64,000 nucleotides of DNA from a virus (Duplodnaviria; Caudoviricetes): IMG/VR virus record IMGVR_UViG_3300006620_000007; one strand, 5' to 3'. Made by a program: the position numbers and the translations under genes. The notes under the pieces are model-generated. The model did not search any database. It had not been told where the DNA came from and saw nothing but the letters and a program-made list of their open reading frames with translations. Position 1 is the stretch's first letter. Each line of letters opens with the position of its first letter. Of the stretch, positions 58,991-64,000 are shown piece by piece.

Positions 58991-59413
58991 CTATAGTTTG
59001 TTAAGTGCTTCTCTGAGAATTTTTGAACCGCCAACTCTAACATTAATAATTCCGTTGTAATAATCGTCACTCTCTAACACACGGCGTTCAAATTGTTCTC
59101 TTGCCTCAAGGTAACTCATCAAGCCTCTACTATTACAATAATAAAGTATCTCTCTTGAAAAGTTTTCCGTGCCTAATGCTTGTACGTCTTCGTTGAGTTT
59201 GTCTGAACTTCCCCAGTAGTCACGCCAATCTGACTCTTTGTGTCCTCTGCGTTTGTTCTTCCTGCCTTTGAGTGGTGGTTTTGTGGTCTTAAATTTTGCT
59301 AACTTCTTGCCTATGTACTTTTTGTTGTTAGTAAGATTTGTGATTATGTACACAAACCCTTCTATATCGTCTGGGATTTCTTTTACTTCTTTACCTTTAT
59401 AAGTCCACTGCAT
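58991..59413 (-). CDS. Small GIY-YIG-like endonuclease
   Basis: GFVYIITN..N.KKYIGKK, ESDW..YWGSS, F.REIL, E...QF...VL..D.YYN. Confidence 0.75.
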   Translation of the reverse strand: MQWTYKGKEVKEIPDDIEGFVYIITNLTNNKKYIGKKLAKFKTTKPPLKGRKNKRRGHKESDWRDYWGSSDKLNEDVQALGTENFSREILYYCNSRGLMSYLEAREQFERRVLESDDYYNGIINVRVGGSKILREALNKL

Positions 59414-59427
59414 GAACTTACTTACGT

Positions 59428-59637
59428 TTAAGATTTTTTCCGAGCCTCTTTTTTGGCATCAAACTCTGATTTAATCTCATCCATACGTATTTTAGCCAGT
59501 GTGCGTATCTCTCTGAGCCATTTTCGGCTTGATTGCATGGTGCGTTCACCGCCATGCTTCTCAAAAAGTGCAACTTCCTTGAAATACTCCAAATATGCTT
59601 TGGTTAGTTTATCGTGTGTATCGTCGTTTATGCTCAT
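59428..59637 (-). CDS. Small hypothetical protein
   Basis: 69-aa helical ORF overlapping the gp46 stop (ATGA). Confidence 0.6.
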   Translation of the reverse strand: MSINDDTHDKLTKAYLEYFKEVALFEKHGGERTMQSSRKWLREIRTLAKIRMDEIKSEFDAKKEARKKS

Positions 59638-61406
59638 TGTACAATATCAATGTCGTTTGCGTAACTTGTAAATCCGTTTTCTTTTACAACCTTAAGTACG
59701 TTCTGCACACGACCTTGTAATTCGTCTTTGTGCGATATTAGATAGATGTTCTTTTTACGCTCTCTACCCATTTTCTTAAGTATTGCAAGACTTTGTTCAA
59801 CACCAGCAGTATCCATACCGCTGTCAATCAATTCATCAATGAACATCAAGTTAATATTTTGATATAAACTTTCCCATACATCACGGAAAGCAAAACTCAT
59901 ACCAAGTATAAGTCTATTACGTTCACCTCTACTCAAGTTGTCAAAGTCTAAGTCCTGTCCAAGTTGTGTAATTAGTACACTTAAATCGTTTTGGAATACA
60001 ACACTGTGCGGCAATCCAATCTTATCTAAGTAATTTGTTAGTCTGTTGTTTAGATATGCAAGATTCTGTTCAATAATTTTCTTACGAATAAAACTATCTT
60101 TGTTTGTTAATAGTTTGTATAAGAAATCTTGATGTTCTTTCATAGAACTTAAATCATTTACTGAACCCCAATCAACTTCTTGTATAGCACTATTCTTTAA
60201 TTCTTCAATTTGATCAATGTAAGGATCTGATTCTGTTTCTTTTGATTTAAGAGTCTGTTTTAGATTATCAACATTACTTCTGTGTTCATATGCTTCTTTT
60301 GCAGTTTCATAAAATGTATTTGGCTTTGCACTTTCCTCACCTAATTCAGAAAGTTTAGTCTGTACCTTTTGAAACTTCGTATCAATTTCCATTAAGTAAG
60401 ACATAGTGTCAGCATATTCTTCTTCTAATTTCTTTTGTATGTCGTCAATTTTTTCTTCTGGCAAGTCTTGTCCACAAGCATGACACTTTGCTTCATCAAG
60501 ATGTTCAAGTTCACCACTTATCTTTGCAACCTGTCTATCTGTTTGTGCTAATGCACTTTCAAGAGTTGCCTTTTCCTTGGTTAAGTTTCTTCTTGAAGCA
60601 TCAATCTCTTCCCACTTAGAAAGTAATTCGTGATTAGCAAGTTCTTGTTCAATGTCTAAGTGTTCTAATTCATCAATGCCTGTTTGTAAACGATCGCAGT
60701 CTTTTGCGTTTTGTGTTTTCCAAGCATTGCTTTTAATTTGTAAACTATTAATAGTTTCGCCTATCTTATCATTGCTTGATTGTATAGCATTAATACGTGC
60801 AGTTTCTTCCGTGATAGCATCACGTACTTCTTTTTGTTTGCCTTTTAGTTCTTCCGCTTTCTCGGAAAGTATAGTAATACCAAGTAACTGTTCAATAATA
60901 GCACGTTGGTCATTTGCTTTTAGACTTAGGAATGGTTCTGTGTAAGTGTTTAATGCAACCAAGTGCTTAAACATCTCATGACTCATTTGTAATAGTTCGC
61001 CAATAGTTTCTTGTGTCTTACGACTATCTCCTTGAGACTCATCAGTCATTTCTTGTTCTTGTTCGTCAATAAAAAACTTCAACAAGTTAGGACCACGTCC
61101 TCTTTCAATTCTATAATTTACTCCTGCTTTTTCAAAGTTAAGAGTAACCAACATACCTTTGCCGTTAGTTTTGTTAATAAGGTTGTTGCGTTTAATGTTT
61201 GTTAGTGCCACACCATATAACGCATAACTCAATGCGTTAATGATTGTGGTCTTACCTGTACCGTTACGTGACCCACTGTCGTCACCACCTTGATCTAAGT
61301 TTTCTCCAAGAACTAAGGTTAATTGTTTATTATTAAAGTTAACTGCTTGAGTCTGATTACCCACACTCATAAAGTTCTTAACTGTTAGGTCTTTGATTAC
61401 TATCAT
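59634..61406 (-). CDS. gp46: Recombination endonuclease ATPase subunit, gp46/SbcC/Rad50-like
   Basis: KNFMSVGN, Walker A NGTGKTT, zinc hook CHACGQ, signature LSRGE, Walker B FIDELIDSGMD, ISH. Confidence 0.93.
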   Translation of the reverse strand: MIVIKDLTVKNFMSVGNQTQAVNFNNKQLTLVLGENLDQGGDDSGSRNGTGKTTIINALSYALYGVALTNIKRNNLINKTNGKGMLVTLNFEKAGVNYRIERGRGPNLLKFFIDEQEQEMTDESQGDSRKTQETIGELLQMSHEMFKHLVALNTYTEPFLSLKANDQRAIIEQLLGITILSEKAEELKGKQKEVRDAITEETARINAIQSSNDKIGETINSLQIKSNAWKTQNAKDCDRLQTGIDELEHLDIEQELANHELLSKWEEIDASRRNLTKEKATLESALAQTDRQVAKISGELEHLDEAKCHACGQDLPEEKIDDIQKKLEEEYADTMSYLMEIDTKFQKVQTKLSELGEESAKPNTFYETAKEAYEHRSNVDNLKQTLKSKETESDPYIDQIEELKNSAIQEVDWGSVNDLSSMKEHQDFLYKLLTNKDSFIRKKIIEQNLAYLNNRLTNYLDKIGLPHSVVFQNDLSVLITQLGQDLDFDNLSRGERNRLILGMSFAFRDVWESLYQNINLMFIDELIDSGMDTAGVEQSLAILKKMGRERKKNIYLISHKDELQGRVQNVLKVVKENGFTSYANDIDIVQ

Positions 61407-61407
61407 T

Positions 61408-62412
61408 CTATAACTCGTTGTAAATGTTTAATAACGTTTGCTTATTATAGTTGTCTGAATCAATAGCATTAATTTCTTCTGCAACAATTTGATCTACACT
61501 TTCAAACTTTGTAATATCAATATCGCTGTTTATTTCGTCATCTTGTTGACTTGGAATTAATGTAAGTTCTCTACAACTGTAGTTTCTCATAAATTCTTCT
61601 TTAATAAAACTTGCTTCTTCATAACTAATTGGAATGTCAAGTGTAACTCTAAGATACATCTTACTTTTTAATAGTGTATCTTTTTGATCAATTAGTTGAC
61701 TCAGTTTCACTGTTCTATACTTAGGACAATCTTCCCAGTCAAGATACTGTGGCTCTCCGCCATGTTCTAATATCATCATACCACGTTTATCATCCCATGC
61801 ATCTGCATAGTTGTGTGGAAATGCATTTCCGATATATGTTACATTACCTTGTGTTTGTCTTTTATGAAAGTGTCCACTAAACACATAATCTTGATGTACA
61901 AAATGTTTAGATTGTAATTCTCCTGTGTCTGGCATTTGTACCATTGCATTCATATAGAAATTAGGAAGTTCAAAATGACCAAACATATACTTACTTGTAA
62001 TCTTAGGAATCTTTTTCCATTCTTCTCCAACAAGCCACGGAACCATTGTGCTGTCTTCGATTGTTGTAATTTCATCAATTACAGTTACACCGTCGATGTG
62101 TTTTGCAAATTCTACACTCTGGATATCTCTTTTGTCTTTGTAATATAGATCATGGTTACCAGGAAAGTAAAAGAACTGTTCAAATGCTTTACCAAGTTTT
62201 TCAAGACAACGGATTGAATAATCCATTGTAACAATGTTTAGACTATTTCTATTGTGATGCCAGTCACCCATGAAGATTCCTGTTTCACAACCATTTTCTT
62301 TTGCCTTGGCAATATACCAATCTACAAAATCTTCACAGTCTTGATTATGGGCCACTGAATTGGACTTTAGTCCAAAGTGGATATCCGTGAATACTGCACA
62401 TTTTTTAAACAA
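61408..62412 (-). CDS. gp47: Recombination endonuclease nuclease subunit, gp47/SbcD/Mre11-like (TTG start)
   Basis: DIHFG, GDWHH, GNHD, GHFE, SGHFH metallophosphoesterase motifs. Confidence 0.93.
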   Translation of the reverse strand: MFKKCAVFTDIHFGLKSNSVAHNQDCEDFVDWYIAKAKENGCETGIFMGDWHHNRNSLNIVTMDYSIRCLEKLGKAFEQFFYFPGNHDLYYKDKRDIQSVEFAKHIDGVTVIDEITTIEDSTMVPWLVGEEWKKIPKITSKYMFGHFELPNFYMNAMVQMPDTGELQSKHFVHQDYVFSGHFHKRQTQGNVTYIGNAFPHNYADAWDDKRGMMILEHGGEPQYLDWEDCPKYRTVKLSQLIDQKDTLLKSKMYLRVTLDIPISYEEASFIKEEFMRNYSCRELTLIPSQQDDEINSDIDITKFESVDQIVAEEINAIDSDNYNKQTLLNIYNEL

Positions 62413-62443
62413 AATCTATCCTTCTAATTACTATACTCTTTAT

Positions 62444-62472
62444 ATTGTACTGCATTTGTTAAGCAAAGTCAA
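62444..62472 (-). promoter_or_regulatory. Sigma70-type promoter TTGACT-N17-TACAAT for gp47/gp46
   Basis: -35 at 62467-62472, -10 at 62444-62449. Confidence 0.7.
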
Positions 62473-62482
62473 CCTTAATTGG

Positions 62483-63334
62483 TTACTTGGATGCCTTTTC
62501 GGCTTCTTGCTTTGCCATAAGTTTTCTTTGGTCTTCAACTTGTCTCTCCCATTGTCCTTGTTGCTGTCTTGTAAAGGACGGAGTCATATCGTTCATTTCT
62601 AAAATATCATCTCTAATATTTTGATTACGTTTTTCGATATTAATAACCCTAACAAATGAATTAGTTACAGCCGCAGTATAATATGCAAATGGATTCTGTG
62701 ATTTACTTTCATCAAATTGCAATCCAATCTGTGTTAATTGTAAAATTGCTTGTCCACGCATTTCGTCATTGTAAGTGTATCCACGTACATTACCACGTGT
62801 TGCATATCTATCACATAACTTCATCCACATACGAGCAAGTTTTTCTGTAGTCTTGCCATGCTTCAAACTAAAGTTACCGTTAGACATACCGCCTTCCCAA
62901 TGGCTTTTGCCTACGCAAACCAATTCACCTTCATCATCAAACTTGTAGTGTTGGAATGGTGGAAAGTTTAATTTAACTCTTGTGTCTGCTACTGTCTTTG
63001 GATTCTTTTTACGACCTTTTTCTTCTGGAATATGATCAAACGTCATAATACGGAAGATAAGTTCTTCTTTTGTAATTTTTCTGTAATCAATAGCACATTC
63101 GGCTTGTTTTACTTTTTCACCGTTTGCCTTACGTGCTTCGTAGTCTGCTGTACCTAATTTCTTTGCTTTGTTCCTTTTTGCTTCTGCTATGGTTCTTACG
63201 TTAATTTTGTCAATGCTTGGTAGAATAATATCAAAGTCAGCATAAGTGTCGTCTGTATAACTACAATACGTGCTTTTTGACTTATGTATCTCCTTTAACA
63301 AGTCCTTATTGTTTAAATAATTTACTTTTTTCAA
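62483..63334 (-). CDS. gp55: Late-transcription sigma factor, gp55-like (TTG start)
   Basis: NYLNNKDLL, N.RGYTY.DEM, FDESKS.NPFAYYT, EK..Q.IRD; next to gp47 as in T4; TAAATA boxes throughout the window. Confidence 0.85.
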   Translation of the reverse strand: MKKVNYLNNKDLLKEIHKSKSTYCSYTDDTYADFDIILPSIDKINVRTIAEAKRNKAKKLGTADYEARKANGEKVKQAECAIDYRKITKEELIFRIMTFDHIPEEKGRKKNPKTVADTRVKLNFPPFQHYKFDDEGELVCVGKSHWEGGMSNGNFSLKHGKTTEKLARMWMKLCDRYATRGNVRGYTYNDEMRGQAILQLTQIGLQFDESKSQNPFAYYTAAVTNSFVRVINIEKRNQNIRDDILEMNDMTPSFTRQQQGQWERQVEDQRKLMAKQEAEKASK

Positions 63335-63357
63335 TGAATTCTCCTATTTGAACTCTT

Positions 63358-63386
63358 ATTATAAACTACTCTGATAAAAAAGTCAA
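63358..63386 (-). promoter_or_regulatory. Near-consensus sigma70 promoter TTGACT-N17-TATAAT for gp55
   Basis: -35 at 63381-63386, -10 at 63358-63363. Confidence 0.8.
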
Positions 63387-63418
63387 TAAATACTTTATAG
63401 TTAGGACACCAAAATAAT

Positions 63419-64000
63419 ATGGCAGTAGATAATAAGAAAGATGGAAATATAGTCGACACAGCCGTGAACTTGGCTCGCGACGGCGTACAAAGTTTTAAAG
63501 ACTCCGCTGAGGGGTTTATGAAAGGTATACGTTCGCGTACAATTCCGGTTGATGGGGAAGCCGATGACCAAATATCGGTTAGTAGTGCTAAATGGGCGTC
63601 AGACCCAAATGGTAAAGATTGGCGTGTAAAATTAAGTATTCCTAACATTCCTTCTTTTCAAAAAAGTTCACTGCTTAAACCGTTAGTTGACACAGGCGGT
63701 CTTGCGTTTCCGTATACACCAACAATTATTATGAGTCATGCCGCATCTTATAGTGCTATAACCCCTGTACATAGTAATTATCCGTTCTTTGCGTACCAGA
63801 ACTCACAAGTGGACGCAATGACACTAACAGGTCAGTTTTATGCTCAAAATTCTGCAGAAGGTTTGTATTGGATTGGTGCATTACATTATTTGAGAGCAAT
63901 TACAAAAATGTTTTATGGGGAAGGTTCTAATCAAGGTGCTCCGCCACCAGTAGTAAAATTAAATGGTTATGGAGATTATGTATTTAAAAATGTTCCTGTA
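63419..64000 (+). CDS. Baseplate/tail-tube initiator-type protein (gp48/gp54-like), 3'-truncated, not in the track
   Basis: ATG at 63419, open to the window end: DWRVKLS, GL.FPYTPTI, HSNYPF.AY.NS, HYLR..TKMFYG, G.PPPVV.LNGYG...F.NVPV; TAAATA at 63387-63392. Confidence 0.65.
   Translation, partial: MAVDNKKDGNIVDTAVNLARDGVQSFKDSAEGFMKGIRSRTIPVDGEADDQISVSSAKWASDPNGKDWRVKLSIPNIPSFQKSSLLKPLVDTGGLAFPYTPTIIMSHAASYSAITPVHSNYPFFAYQNSQVDAMTLTGQFYAQNSAEGLYWIGALHYLRAITKMFYGEGSNQGAPPPVVKLNGYGDYVFKNVPV

Larger units (their letters stand above)
10480..63392. promoter_or_regulatory. Dispersed set of T4-type late promoter boxes, TAAATA (variant TAAGTA)
   Basis: - strand boxes at 10480, 14213 (TAAGTA), 15055, 19371, 25072, 31350, 37846, 41136, 42037, 43624, 44052, 48351, 49271, 53353, 58270, 59419 (TAAGTA); + strand at 53333, 58293, 63387. 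All lie just upstream of gene starts or leaders, in matching orientation. Confidence 0.75.

Noticed and set aside
1-64000. CRISPR arrays, tRNAs, IS elements, inteins and stop-codon reassignment
   Set aside because: No repeat-spacer arrays or cloverleaves noticed by eye; core genes have normal lengths; long ORFs are intact under the standard code, with TAA, TAG and TGA all used as stops.

Overview
A 64-kb, AT-rich segment of a large T4-related (jumbo-type) tailed myophage, probably aquatic; neither host nor taxon can be fixed from sequence alone. Left end (+ strand): tail of an ADP-heptose operon (hldE partial, hldD, an unknown gene, a cupin). From 2.4 to 53.3 kb (- strand) runs a late virion region: several giant modular fibre/baseplate-type proteins in paralogous pairs; three Cys/Gly-rich paralogs interleaved with two tail-assembly chaperones; an enzyme cassette (nitrilase-family, GT9-like glycosyltransferase, SGNH-like, NodU/CmcH carbamoyltransferase); then a T4-like head module (major capsid, scaffold, prohead protease, acidic core protein, Maf/DUF115-like enzyme, portal) and a tape-measure-like gene. 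Right end: a gp26-like gene with a probable -1 frameshift extension, two probable internal head proteins, a ~500-nt highly structured non-coding element behind a GIY-YIG-like gene, gp46/gp47, late sigma factor gp55 and a partial baseplate/tube-initiator gene. Best new-biology candidates: a late heptose/carbamoyl virion-decoration system, ~10% Cys fibre-tip triplets, type-1 copper and CxRD bilin-like motifs in virion proteins, two candidate structured ncRNAs, two structured 5' leaders, and a fixed TAAATA-N5-ATG leaderless late-gene pattern. All calls come from motif recognition by eye; no searches were run.
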